DNA of 63,555 bases, counting the filler, from Reclinomonas americana ATCC 50394 (lineage: Eukaryota), in the NCBI GenBank assembly GCA_048213135.1. It is 8 parts of 5 records of this genome, joined end to end, with 100 filler letters (N's around TTAATTAATTAA, not from the genome) between each part and the next. Parts side by side here need not be neighbours in the genome. Positions count along the whole stretch, not along the records: positions 1 to 19,233 come from PS015247.1; positions 19,334 to 32,069 come from PS015248.1; 6 more parts are not named here. One strand, 5' to 3'. The translations under genes were made by a program, and so were the position numbers. Under the pieces are notes generated by a model, which was not told where the DNA came from, made no database searches, and was given only the letters and a program-made list of their open reading frames with translations. Every line of letters begins with the position of its first letter. Position 1 is the first letter of the stretch. Shown in pieces: positions 14,229 to 26,178 of the stretch.

Positions 14229-14457
14229 TCGTCGTACGTACGTCGTACGTACGTACGTACGTACGTCGTACGTACGTACGTACGTACGTCGTACGTACGT
14301 CGTACGTACGTCGTCGTCGTNNNNNNNNNNNNNNNNNNNNCGGGTCGGTCGGTCGTACGTACTAACTACGTGTGTCGTACTACGTCGTTCGTCGTCTCAC
14401 ACTACTCTCCTCTACTACTACTAGTCTCGTCTTTCTCTCTCTCTCTCTCTCTCCTAC

Positions 14458-14488
<31 letters not shown>

Positions 14489-16494
14489 GTGGCTATGATG
14501 TGGAGAAAGGCTTCTCCTCCTGTGAGCGAGAGGCACTGGTTGCTGCATTGGCGATGTGCATTCAACTAGTGTCACTTGTCTTTGCGTCTTCTCTCTCCCA
14601 CCGCTTGCCTTTCCTCTTCACTCTCTCCCTCTATCTGCATCACACGTCGTCTCACCAACTTCCATTGTGTAAACCGCAGGGATCGTCCAAGAAACAAAGC
14701 GTCCTGTTTCGTTGATATTCTCATTTTTGTGATTGCCTCGTTTCGCTCACTTGCGTTCCGCGCCAAGGGATTCGTTGGGCCCCTATGATCCGGTCGCCGA
14801 TGCTTGCTGGAAGGCTCCCGAACCGTGCGTTATCTCTTTCTCTCTCTCACACACACTCATTGCTTCCTTTTGTCTCATCACCCCGGTTTCGCTCGCTGCA
14901 GAACGCCGTACCAGCACATTGCGAAAACGATGCAGCTGCTGGAGGTCAACAGCGGCAAGTTGCGACAAAGTCCATCATCGCTCTCCTCTCCCGTGCGTGA
15001 AGTCTCACCCCCGCTCTCGCACAGTCTGTACAAGATCGAGGTTTTGTCGCGCGCATTCCGCTCGGTGATTGCCATCTCGCCGCAGGATCTCGTCAATGTC
15101 GTGTATTTGCTCTCGTTGGATGTTGCGTTTTTTTGTTATTTTCTGGGAGCGGGGAGTCTCCCTCTTGAGTCGGCAGCTGACGGCAGCACAACTGGTGTGG
15201 TAGATTGCCCCCAAATGGGAGGGCATCAAGACCGAGGTCGGTGACAGCACCCTGCGCGCCGTGATTGCCGAGGCCGCCGGTTGCAAGCCCGCTGTTGCGT
15301 AAATCTGTCGTCCTTTCTTTCCACTCCCTCTGTTGTTCAGACGTCGTACAAATAGGCCATCAAGGGCGACTTGGGCGACGCGGCCAAGCGGGTGCGCACG
15401 ACGCAGAGCTTGCTGTTTGCACCGCCGCGCCTCAGCGTCAACAAGGTGTACGACACGTTTTTGAAGATTGCGCGTGCCTCCGGTGCCGATGTGGGCAAGG
15501 CGCGCAAGTCACTCATCAAGAGTCTCCTGGTGGCCAGCAAGGACGACGAGGGCAAATTCATCATTCGTCGCCTGAATAAGAAGCTGCGAATCGGCGCCGG
15601 ACCGAAGACGCTGATCAAGGCTCTGGCCGGCGCCTTTGTGCTGACGCCTCCTGGTGGTGGTCGTTGCGTGAAAGGGGGGAGGAGAATGAGGGAGGAATTG
15701 GGGGGAAAGAGAAAGGAAGGAAGGAAGGAAGGGAGGGAGGGAGGGAGGGAGGGAGAGAGGAAAGAGGCGGAAGAGAGATAAATAGGACTGGGGCATGTGA
15801 GGAACGTCGACTATAAGAGCCGATTGACGTGTGCAAAAGCATCCAGGCTGCAGAAGCGAACGCAGAAGTGTGTGTATTTGTGCATGGAGAGACAGAGAAA
15901 GAGGAGAGAGGCAAGTGATTCGAGGATAGCAACTTGTTGTGTGCAAATGCATGCAGGCTGCGAAAGTGGTGAAGGCAGGAGTGTGTATGTGTGCGTGCGT
16001 GAGGGAGAAGGGAGTAGCGAGAGAGAGTCGTCAACGGAGAGAGCAACTTGGTGTGTGCAAATGCATGCAGGCTGCGAAAGTGGTGAAGGCAGGAGTGTGT
16101 GTGCGTGCGTGTGAGAGAGAAAGGGGGTGGAGCGAGAGAGAAACCTCTGTAAGGCGAGACACTGTAGGCTGCGACAGTGATTAAACTCTGAGAGAGAGAG
16201 AGAGAGAGAGTGAGGAAACCAATGAGACGAGAGACGCTTCATCGCTGAGTGACGAGTAAGTATGCACATGTGTGACACACAGCATGCTCGTTGCACATGG
16301 GGTATTGCATGTTTATGGCAGGCGCTCTCTCTCTCTCTCTCTCTCTCTCCTGTCCTCGTACCTACTACGTCCGTCCTTCGGACCGTACACGACTCGGAGT
16401 ACGTCGGACCAGGACCACAACGGGTAAGGGAGTAGGNNNNNNNNNNNNNNNNNNNNGGTTAGGTTCGTCGTACGTTACGTTTACTTCGTCGCGC

Positions 16495-16539
<45 letters not shown>

Positions 16540-18785
16540 TCCCTCCCCCCCTCCTCCCTCCCTCCTCCCCCCCCCCCCCTCTCTCCTTCTCTCTCCCCCC
16601 CTCCTCCCTTCCTTCCTTCCCTACCTCTCTCTCATCACCCACCTCACAGCTGCACCGGACCTGCGAGGAGACGAGCTGACAGCGGCCATAGAGGAGGGCG
16701 TGGATATTGTGTCGCGGGCCTACCACGAGTGTCCCAGGTCCGTAGCTCTCCCGCCACCACCGCTCCTTTATTCATACATTCTCATTCACAACGCTGTCGC
16801 AGCTGGGCGCACATTGTCAATGTGGTGCTTGAGCACGGACTGCATGGACTGAAGGAGCACTGCCGCATCACGGTGGGTGTGCCGGTGAAGCCCATGCTTG
16901 CGCAGAGCATGAAGGAGAGCGTGGCCTCCATTCTCGACTACTTCAAGGACCAGTCGATCACCTGCGAATTCAAGTACGACGGTGAACGCGGGCAGGTTTG
17001 TCGGCGGTCGTGTTGAAAGTTGCTTGGGGTGTTGGTCGCGGAGAGATTGACGTGTATCTCTGCCCGCAGATTCATCGTCTGGAGGATGGCTCCATGAAGA
17101 TTTTCTCGCGCAACCTGAACGACTTCACGCCGATGTTCCCCGATCTGATTGAGCGCCTGCCGACGACCTTCAACCCGGCCGCCGGACTCGACACATTCAT
17201 CATCGACGGTGAAATCGTCGCCTACGATAGGGTGAGGGCGGGTGCAGGCCAGCACGGCTGGGTGTTGTACTCATGCGCGTGCGCAGGAAAACAAGCGAAT
17301 TCGACCATTCCAAACGCTCACTACAAGGAAACGAGCAGTTGCGCAGATACATACACATTGTGCACGCACGCGAATGCTGTTTCTGACCATCGCTGTGCCA
17401 GGATGTGTCGACCTCCAGTGTGCAAGTGGAGGTCATGTTCATCGCCTTTGACATGCTGTATCGGAACGGGGAGGTGCGTTGTCTTTTCCTCGCCTAGTAA
17501 GTGTGCGACAATCGCTAATCCACAAGCACAACAGTCGCTGCTGCGTGAGCCGCTGCAGACTCGACGAGTGTTCCTGTACGACTCGTTTGTGGAGAGCGAG
17601 GCTCTGTTCCAGTTTGCCTCGCACTGTGAAAGCAATGACGTGGAGGTGGTCGAGGCGTTTTTCGAGCAGTCCATCCACGCGCGCTGTGAAGGCCTCATGG
17701 TCAAGACGCTGGAGCCACACGGGTACTTGCCCGACGAGCGGACAAATGTGTGGCGAAAGGTGAGGAGGAGGGATATGGGGAAGAGAAGAGGAGGATGTGA
17801 GATGGAGAATGCGCAGAGAAGGAGAAAGAGTTGTCGAGTGCATAGTGGGGTAAGAGAACGAAGGTTGATGGAGATTGTGTGGAGAAGGATGAACAGTGTG
17901 GGAAATAAGGGAACGAAGATTGATGGAGATTGTGTGGAGATGGCGAGGAGAGGAGGAACTAATGACGTGCCGGGGAAGAGGGCAGATTCGTGAGTGATCA
18001 TTTGTGAGACTCACTCGCACTTAATTCTACAGCTGAAACTCGACTACGTCACTGGCGACACGTTCGACGTGGTACCGATTGGAGCTTTCTTTGGCCGCGG
18101 CAAACGCGCAAATGTGTACGGTGCGTATCTGGTGGCAATCTACGATCCCGACCAGGAGGAGTACCAGGCCCTGTGCAAGGTACACGCCGCGATCTGCGTC
18201 TGGACGGCACGGTAGCACGCTGCTCATCTTGTGCAAAAAATGCGTTTCGCTGAGCAGGTGGGCACCGGTTTCTCTGACGACGATTTGAAGTCGTTCACCG
18301 AGTCGCTGAATGAGGCACGAGTCGATGCACCGCCGCCGTACTACAAGTTGAGCCAGTCAATCGTCAACTCCCGCTCGCCCGCATGCACTCATCATCGCTC
18401 CCTCGCTCGCTCGCTGATACACAGATTCGGCGCCAGTGAGCCGTGCGAGGTGTGGTTCAGACCGTCGCAGGTGTGGGAGATCAAGGGTGCCGATCTGCAA
18501 ATCTCTCCCAAACACTTTGCGGCATACGGGCAGGTCTGTCGCTGTCGTGATCTCCCTGCTGTGTTGTCGACTGACACGCTCGCACAGATTCATGAGTCTC
18601 GCGGCATCGGCTTGCGCTTCCCGCGTTTCATGAAAGTGCGCATCGACAAGGACCCCGAGGATGCCACCACGCCGACGCAGGTGGCCGACATGTTCCGCTC
18701 GCAGGTGAATCAGGAGCATGCCACTCCCGGTGCCTCTGGAATGCAGGTGGATGGTGAGGAGAATGGAGAGGAGGAGGAGGAGTGA
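12169..18785 (+). CDS. LIG1: DNA ligase I (ATP-dependent), multi-exon
   Basis: Adenylation motif [13 protein letters not shown], plus [43 protein letters not shown] and [14 protein letters not shown]. Acidic/basic low-complexity N-terminus with a partial PIP-like QATLSF. Confidence 0.95.
13709..14600. repeat. ~160-bp tandem repeat (at least 4 copies) in a LIG1 intron
   Basis: Unit gctgtggagaagagcttctcctcctgtcagctggaggcactggcctgtgcattggcggtgtgcatccaa at ~13716, ~13876, ~14037 and, more diverged, ~14496; each unit ends in (CT)n. Confidence 0.9.
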
Positions 18786-18848
18786 AGCGGTCAAACTACA
18801 TTATTCGCGGGTGATGACGAAAGATGAAGCGATGGCGAAAGGGCAATG

Positions 18849-20288
18849 TCACAGGCGGAGGCTAGAGCAACGATGAACGATGACTGCCGCCTCTTCGACA
18901 ATGAAGCAGCGCAGCACCATCTCTGGCAGACACCGCGAATCCCATTCAGCATCCTCCTGTTCCTGCTCCTCTTTCATCACACGCTGCATTTCCTGCACTG
19001 CATGCATGGCGGAGCGCGCAATATGGAGCTCCTGCCGCGCGAGGCTGCATGGCGTGGACCACACCCGCAAAGTCCTATCATCGCCTCCACTTACAATGCG
19101 CTGACCATCGGGGGCGACGGCAATGGTCCTCACCCAGTGAGTGTGTTCCTCCAATCGCTGCACTTCGTCGCCACTTGCCAGCGACCACACTCGCACGGTG
19201 TTGTCGAAGCTGCCACTCACAACGTGCTGACCANNNNNNNNNNNNNNNNNNNNNNNNNNNNNNNNNNNNNNNNNNNNTTAATTAATTAANNNNNNNNNNN
19301 NNNNNNNNNNNNNNNNNNNNNNNNNNNNNNNNNACGCATACGGTGCGGTCCGTCGCCGTCACTCCCGATGGGCTGCACATTGCGAGCGGAGTCTGGACAA
19401 CACAGTACGAGTGTGGTCACTGGCGAGTGGGGAGGAAGTGCGGCGTCTGGAGGGCCACATTGGAGGCGTGGAGTCTGTCGCCGTCTCTCCCAATGAGGAT
19501 CACATTGCGAGCGCGAGTGGCGACGACATGCTGGTGCGAGTGNNNNNNNNNNNNNNNNNNNNNNNNNNNNNNNNNNNNNNNNNNNNNNNNNNNNNNNNNN
19601 NNNNNNNNNNNNNNNNNNNNNNNNNNNNNNNNNNNNNNNNNNNNNNNNNNNNNNNNNNNNNNNNNNNNNNNNNNNNNNNNNNNNNNNNNNNNNNNNNNNN
19701 NNNNNNNNNNNNNNNNNNNNNNNNNNNNNNNNNNNNNNNNNNNNNNNNNNNNNNNNNNNNNNNNNNNNNNNNNNNNNNNNNNNNNNNNNNNNNNNNNNNN
19801 NNNNNNNNNNNNNNNNNNNNNNNNNNNNNNNNNNNNNNNNNNNNNNNNNNNNNNNNNNNNNNNNNNNNNNNNNNNNNNNNNNNNNNNNNNNNNNNNNNNN
19901 NNNNNNNNNNNNNNNNNNNNNNNNNNNNNNNNNNNNNNNNNNNNNNNNNNNNNNNNNNNNNNNNNNNNNNNNNNNNNNNNNNGTGTCCTTCGAGTCGTCG
20001 CACCTCCTCGCCACTCGCCAGCGACCACACCCGCACCGTCTTGTCTTCGCTTCCACTCACGATGCGCTGACCGTCAGGAGTGACAGCGACAGAGTACACC
20101 CAGTTGGTGTGCCCCTCCAGCCGTCGCACCTCCTGGCCACTCGCCAGCGACCACACTCGAATGGATTTATCCGCACTTCCACTGACAACGTGCTGGCCGT
20201 CGGGAGTGACCACGACGGACAACACCGTGTGTGTGTGTCCACGCAAGTGTTTGTGCAGGAGAGCAGGTGAGGCAGCGGCGGAGGTCAT
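18849..20288 (-). CDS. WD40-repeat protein, copy A (interrupted by gaps and a contig linker)
   Basis: Starts MTSAAASPALLHKHLRGHTHTVLSVVVTPDG; repeats of GH..V.SVAVTPDG..IVSGS.D.TVRVWSLASG; C-terminus nearly identical to copy B. Confidence 0.8.
19278..19289. other. Artificial six-frame-stop contig linker TTAATTAATTAA (also at 32114, 36285, 42291, 47577, 56349, 61966)
   Basis: Identical 12-mer flanked by ~44-45 Ns on each side at seven places; not biological. Confidence 0.97.
19334..19542 (+). other. WD40 fragment in opposite orientation (probably mis-oriented contig belonging to copy A)
   Basis: Reads THTVRSVAVTPDGLHIASG..TVRVWSLASGEEVRRLEGHIGGVESVAVSPNEDHIASASGD on +, with one frameshift; flanked by gaps. 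Confidence 0.6.
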
Positions 20289-20461
20289 GATGCGTGTGCG
20301 GTTCTCTCGCTTGTGTTCTTTCGGTGTTGTCCTCCGATCACGAAAGGACGAGCTCGGAGAGAATCCCGGCAAAAGGTCACGGTCGGTGGACCACAGAACA
20401 CTTCTTCACTTCAGCGCAGCACACAGAACAATGGCGTACAAGAGAGGTACAGCAAATAAAG

Positions 20462-21532
20462 TCACAGTCGGAGGCTAGAGCAGCGAAGAACAACGACAGC
20501 CGCCTCTTCGACAATGAAGCAGCGCAGCACCATCTCTGGCAGGCATCGTGAATCCCATTCAGTCATCTGGCACTGCATTTCTTGGACTGCCTGCATGGCC
20601 GAGCGCGCGCATTGGAGCTCCTGCCGCGCGAGACCGAAAGCTGTGGACCACACTCGCACGGTGCTGTCCCCACCTCCACTCACTATATGCTGGCCGTCGG
20701 GAGTGACGGCGACGGAGTTCACCAAGTAAGTATGGCCCTCCAAACGTCGCACTTCCTCACCACTCGCCAGTGACCACACTCGTACAGTGCGGTCGAAGCT
20801 ACCGCTGACAACGTGCTGACCATTGAGAGCGACAACACACTGCACTGTTGCACCGTGCCCCTTGAGCCGTCGCACTTCCTCTCCGCTCGCCACTGACCAC
20901 ACACGCAAGGTCCCATCTCCACCTCCGCTAATAATGTGCTGACCGTCGGGAGTGATGGCGACAGACCGCACCGACAATGTGTGCCCCTCCAACCGTCGCA
21001 CCTCCTCGCCACTCGCCAGCGACCACACTCGCACTGTGGTGTCCTTACTCGCACTCACAGCATGCTCACCATCGGGAGTGATGGCCACACAGAACACCGA
21101 GTCTGCGTGTCCCTCCATTCGTCGCACTTCCTCGCCACTCGCCAGTGACCACACTCGCAACGTCCCGTCGTCACTCCCACTCACAACGTGCTGGCCATCA
21201 GGAGTGATGGCGACTGAATGCACCCACCCAGCGTGTCCCTTCAACCGTCTCACTTCTTTCCCACTCGCCAGTGACCAAACACGCACAGTGTCGTCGTAAC
21301 TCCCACTAACAATGTGCCCGCCATCGGGAGTGATGGCGACGGAAGACACCGTCAGCCTGTGTCCCACCAACTGTCGCACTTCCTCGACGTCGCCACTCAC
21401 CAGTGACCACACTCGCACTTTGGCGTCGCTGCTCCCACTCACCACGTGCAGGCCGTCGGGAGTGATGGCGACGGCCAACACCGTGTATGCATGTCCACGC
21501 AGGCACATGCAGTGGAGAGCGGTGGAGGTCAT
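20462..21532 (-). CDS. Intronless 7-bladed WD40-repeat protein with helical C-terminal tail, copy B
   Basis: Uninterrupted 356-aa ORF with seven highly similar ~42-aa WD40 repeats followed by LARQELQCARSAMQAVQEMQCQMTEWDSRCLPEMVLRCFIVEEAAV. Confidence 0.92.
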   Translation of the reverse strand: MTSTALHCMCLRGHAYTVLAVAITPDGLHVVSGSSDAKVRVWSLVSGDVEEVRQLVGHRLTVSSVAITPDGGHIVSGSYDDTVRVWSLASGKEVRRLKGHAGWVHSVAITPDGQHVVSGSDDGTLRVWSLASGEEVRRMEGHADSVFCVAITPDGEHAVSASKDTTVRVWSLASGEEVRRLEGHTLSVRSVAITPDGQHIISGGGDGTLRVWSVASGEEVRRLKGHGATVQCVVALNGQHVVSGSFDRTVRVWSLASGEEVRRLEGHTYLVNSVAVTPDGQHIVSGGGDSTVRVWSTAFGLARQELQCARSAMQAVQEMQCQMTEWDSRCLPEMVLRCFIVEEAAVVVLRCSSLRL

Positions 21533-21797
21533 GATGCGTGTGCGTGTGGGGAGAAAGTGAGAAGTGTGGACAGGACATGAAGTGCCTCACTTACCCTTTC
21601 CCCTTCCTCCTTCCCCTCCCTCTCTCCCACCCACATACGCAATACACAGTTTACATTTTCGATTGAGCAATTGTACACAAAGGGGGTCACTCTTGCGAGG
21701 ATTAAACAAAAAAACAATGTAGGGTGGTGTCGCAAAACACTTCAGGTCCACACACGGGGTCCATAAACAGGGCTCTCGTCTTGTCTGCGCGCGATTA

Positions 21798-22811
21798 TTA
21801 CGCGTCCTCCTCCTCTTCCTCCTCATCGTCCGACTCGTACTCGGACGTCTCCGTCTCCGTCTCGCCATCCTCCTCATCCTCTTCCTCCTCTTCGTCGTCG
21901 TCGTCATCATCATCGTCGTCACCATCCTCATTCTCCTCATCGTCATCCGAGCCGGCGAACCAGTCATCGTCATTCTCGAGGTCAAAGTCAGCGGCACCGT
22001 CGCCCTCCTCCTCCTCCTCATCATCGTCGTCATCGTCGTCGCCACCATTGGAACGGCGACCGCAGGACGAACCCGACGGGGACGAGGACGAGGAGCCGGC
22101 GCGACCGCCGAGCGTCTCCGGCGACTGCAGGAAGTCGAGAACCTCAAAAAGGAGACGCGGCAACAGCTCCTCGCGTGCCCACCAGTGGGCGGCAGCCACG
22201 GGGTTGCCGGGCGGTACGGCCTCCAGCGACTGCACCAGCAAGCAAAACGCGTCCAGTGTCGACGGCGACTCGCTCTTCTGGCGCGTCGCGCGGTCATTGT
22301 CGACGCCACCGCAGCTGGCCATGTCGACCGCGCCACCATTGTCGTCTCCGGTCACCTGATGATGATAATCATCGTCGTCGTCGTCGTCGTCGTCATTCCC
22401 GACATCGAGGACGTCTCCGTCGTCGCCAACAACGTCGTCATTGTGCAGATCGTCACCGTCGCACATTCCATCAAAATCGGAGTCGCCACCCAGCAGCCCG
22501 TCGTCCATCGAATTATTGTGTGACGACGACGAGCGACGGCGCTGGAGGAGAGCTCCAGGCGACCGCGGCCGCTCAAACGGCGAAAAGGCAACCACATCCA
22601 TGTCGTCGCCGTCTGTGCCACGATTGTTGCGCGCGACGACGCCGCACGAGCCGCCCACATTGCTGCGCTCCGGCGCTGCCGGACCCGTGACGGAAATGGT
22701 GGTGGTGGTGATGATACCGGCAGTGCTGGTGGCAGTGGTGGTGGTGATGTGAATTGAAGGCTGCTCGTCAGTGGTGCTGTCGGCCTCACGGCCGTCCTCG
22801 CGCAGCACACC
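21798..22811 (-). CDS. Hypothetical protein, Asp/Glu-rich C-terminal exon
   Basis: Long open frame running into a gap, with acidic tracts around an ordered segment STLDAFCLLVQSLEAV...REELLPRLLFEVLDFL. A likely upstream exon with AG/GT borders lies at ~23505-23727. Confidence 0.55.
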   Translation of the reverse strand, partial: GVLREDGREADSTTDEQPSIHITTTTATSTAGIITTTTISVTGPAAPERSNVGGSCGVVARNNRGTDGDDMDVVAFSPFERPRSPGALLQRRRSSSSHNNSMDDGLLGGDSDFDGMCDGDDLHNDDVVGDDGDVLDVGNDDDDDDDDDYHHQVTGDDNGGAVDMASCGGVDNDRATRQKSESPSTLDAFCLLVQSLEAVPPGNPVAAAHWWAREELLPRLLFEVLDFLQSPETLGGRAGSSSSSPSGSSCGRRSNGGDDDDDDDEEEEEGDGAADFDLENDDDWFAGSDDDEENEDGDDDDDDDDDEEEEEDEEDGETETETSEYESDDEEEEEEDA

Positions 22812-25800
22812 NNNNNNNNNNNNNNNNNNNNNNNNNNNNNNNNNNNNNNNNNNNNNNNNNNNNNNNNNNNNNNNNNNNNNNNNNNNNNNNNNNNNNNNNN
22901 NNNNNNNNNNNNNNNNNNNNNNNNNNNNNNNNNNNNNNNNNNNNNNNNNNNNNNNNNNNNNNNNNNNNNNNNNNNNNNNNNNNNNNNNNNNNNNNNNNNN
23001 NNNNNNNNNNNNNNNNNNNNNNNNNNNNNNNNNNNNNNNNNNNNNNNNNNNNNNNNNNNNNNNNNNNNNNNNNNNNNNNNNNNNNNNNNNNNNNNNNNNN
23101 NNNNNNNNNNNNNNNNNNNNNNNNNNNNNNNNNNNNNNNNNNNNNNNNNNNNNNNNNNNNNNNNNNNNNNNNNNNNNNNNNNNNNNNNNNNNNNNNNNNN
23201 NNNNNNNNNNNNNNNNNNNNNNNNNNNNNNNNNNNNNNNNNNNNNNNNNNNNNNNNNNNNNNNNNNNNNNNNNNNNNNNNNNNNNNNNNNNNNNNNNNNN
23301 NNNNNNNNNNNNNNNNNNNNNNNNNNNNNNNNNNNNNNNNNNNNNNNNNNNNNNNNNNNNNNNNNNATGCTGACGGTGCCTGGGAGATGGGGGGAAGGGG
23401 ATGAGGGAAAGGGATACAGGGGGAAGGGAAGGGGGAGGAAAAAAGAGAGAGAGAGAGAGAGAGAGAGCTGGAAGAAATCTTCCAATCTCAAACCGCTACT
23501 CACTTGCAATCAGGGGGCAACCGGAAAAGCCGCGCAGTTTGTCCATGGGGCACGGAGTACCGGGGGAGCCGCTACCGTTGCTGGACGTGGCCCGCAGGCC
23601 GTCGGCAAAGGAGGGCGGGAGGGGGAGGCGGTGAATGGAGAGTGGATAGCCGTCGTATGCTTGCCATGCCGTAACCAGGCAGAACCGTGCCGTCTCCGGC
23701 AGAGGAGCGCCAGGTTGCACGACGCACTGTGAGAAGGGGAAGGTGAGCGACAGGGAAAGGGGAAAGGGGGGAGGGAAAGGGGGAAGGAGGAAGGAGGAAG
23801 GGGGAAGGGGAAGGGGAAGGGGAAGGGGGAAAGGGAGAGGGGGAAGGGAAAGGGAGAAGGAACAGGGGGAAGGAACAGGGGGAAGGGAAGGAACAGGGGG
23901 AAGGAACAGAGGGAAGAAACAGCGGGAAGGAGAAGGGGGAAAAAGAAGGGGGAAGGGAGATGGGGAAGGGAGAGGAAGAGGGAGAGAAGACGTGAGAGAA
24001 GCAACAGACAGACAATCGGAGACGCGAAAAACAGTGAGCGCAATAAGCAGCCATGGCAGCAAAAGAGCTCAGTGCGCGAGTGAGAGAGACTGAGAGATGC
24101 GAAGATGCAAGACGACAAAAAGATACGGAATAACACAATAATCTGAACAGCCACACACACGCGAGGCGAGTGACGCACAAACACAGACACGCACACACGC
24201 ACGCAACACACACACGGGAAGAATCACGAAAGCGCATTCGGAGAAAGCCGCCCGGCGGAACGGACAAGAACGACAAGAGAAACCCGCCAATGTGCCAAAT
24301 GCAGTGGACACGAACGAACAACAAAAGAAAAACTAAAACACACCACGACGACTGGCAGACACACGCACACACAACAAACACACAAGCTCCAACACGAGGA
24401 AACACAGAACAAACGATGCTCAAAATCGAGCATGAGAATGCGCGTGAATCTTCTCCCACCCCGACCGAATCCCCGCACCACTGCAGCAGTCGGAATGGGC
24501 GCGCACGAAAGAAAAAAGTCTCGCACCAATCCTCAAACACGACAAACGAAGCAGGAAGAAGAAGGCGGAAGAAGGCGGAGGAAGAAGAAGACAGACAGAC
24601 TGACTGTGACACAAACAAACACGGGACGTGACAGCGAGTCACATTCATCTGAAATACGCACCATTGTGAACACGGAAGCGACATCCACTGTAAAGAAGAC
24701 CTGCTGACCGCCATTGACGCACACAACCACCGGCTCCTCCGCCTCAAACTCAGCCGCAAAGTCCGACGCAAAGTCACTCTGCGAGAGCTGTTCCAGAAAC
24801 GAATCCAACACCGCATCATCGTCATCAGAGTCGGAGTCAGAGTCAGCGGCGGCCGGAGTTGAACTGAGCGTGCTAGTGGAGAGGAAGAGCGTGGCAAAGA
24901 GACGCGCGACGAGTGAGCTGGTGACGCCCGTGCGCTTGAGCTTGCCGAGAAAGATGGGCGGGCATCGCGACACGACACGCGCGCACTTTTGCGACATGCG
25001 CGCGCGCGTGCACTTGGGCAGGCGGCGCTCATACGTCGCCAGCACAGCCGAGACATCTATAACACGAAAGTCAGTCAGTCAGTGGCGCACAACAACAGAG
25101 TCTATTTCTGACTTTTGTTGCGCAACGATCGGCGTCTTCAGTGCCCCAGAACGAGCGCACTGGTGAGAGCGCAGTGGCGACGACCTCCACACACAGGCGA
25201 CGCGGGGCTCGCGGCACAGTCGCCGCTGTGGCGGCAGCTGACGTCACTGTCGTCGTCGTGCGCGTGCCAGGCGCTCGATGATTTCTGCTGCTGTTGGAAG
25301 GCGTTTCCATGACGGCGACCACACTCATAGCAGTAGACCAGGTAGGTGGCGATAAAGAGGGCCAGAAGCGGCAAAGGCGACTTGATGATTGTGTTGGTGT
25401 TGGTGTTCTTCTTCGTAAAAGTGGCAATGGCGGCGGTGGTGGCGACGGACACAAAGATGGCGGTGTTGATGGTGGCGTTGGTGTTGGTGTTGTCGATGGA
25501 GGCAGACAAGGGCATTGAGGTGGATTGTTTGGTGTGATGGGGGGTGTGTGTGTGTGCTCGAGGAAGTTTTGTGGCGGCGAATGGGTGAGTGTGTGATGAC
25601 GTCATGGCGAGAAAAACCGCCAAAATGATTGGCAACGGCAACGCAATCGGTCGGAGGTGACCGTTTCTGCTCCGAGTTGCCCGCGTGAGAGAAAGAGGTT
25701 GATGGCTGAGGTTATCTTCATGTTGGTAGTGTGTAGTGGGACTCATGCAGGGAGAGGGAGGAGACGGCGACGATCGCGAGGCGCGCGCGGTTGCGCATGC

Positions 25801-25911
25801 CTCACTCTCCGCGGCGCAGCGCGCGATCGCTGCCAGTGTCTGTCGCGGCTTCAGGAAGAGGTTGCTCTCCAAGGCCGCCTTGTTGTCGGCAGCAGACGGT
25901 GAGCCTCAAGC

Positions 25912-26030
25912 ACGTTGGAGATGCTGTACAAGGGCAGCTCTTCAATCCGATCGATCGCGAGGCCGTCAAGCAGTCGTCGCTGTTGCCACTCCAGAATGTG
26001 GATGCCGTTCGCCCAAGGTTTCCGTCATCC
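25912..26030 (+). mobile_element. Short degenerate fragment of the non-LTR retrotransposon found at 45.2-47.2 kb
   Basis: ggagatgctg..cagctcttcaatccgatc..gccgtcaagcagtcgtcgctgttgccactccagaatgtggatgccgttcgcc closely matches the reverse complement of ~46750-46838 (EMLEKQLFTPIKAIKQSSLLPLQKVDAVRR). Confidence 0.8.
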
Positions 26031-26178
26031 GGTAAATGCATGGCGGAGCTCAAGCAAACAGAGCAATGATGCAGAGATGGAGGAGCGCGCATGCGTATGC
26101 GCAGCCTTTCACTAGTACTCCGCGCGCATGCGCAGCGACCATCAACACAAACACAATTGCTCCGAGTACCACTCATTC

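Noticed and set aside
13709-14600. Repeat array resembling CRISPR
   Set aside because: Eukaryotic intron, ~160-bp whole-unit repeats without unique spacers, and no cas genes.
19334-19542. Inverted WD40 cassette suggesting a shufflon-like inversion
   Set aside because: A small contig bounded by gaps within a repetitive gene; mis-orientation by the scaffolder is far more likely.
24533-25872. Several 150-250-aa minus-strand ORFs
   Set aside because: No recognisable domain or consistent exon structure; could be genes but cannot be supported from the sequence alone.
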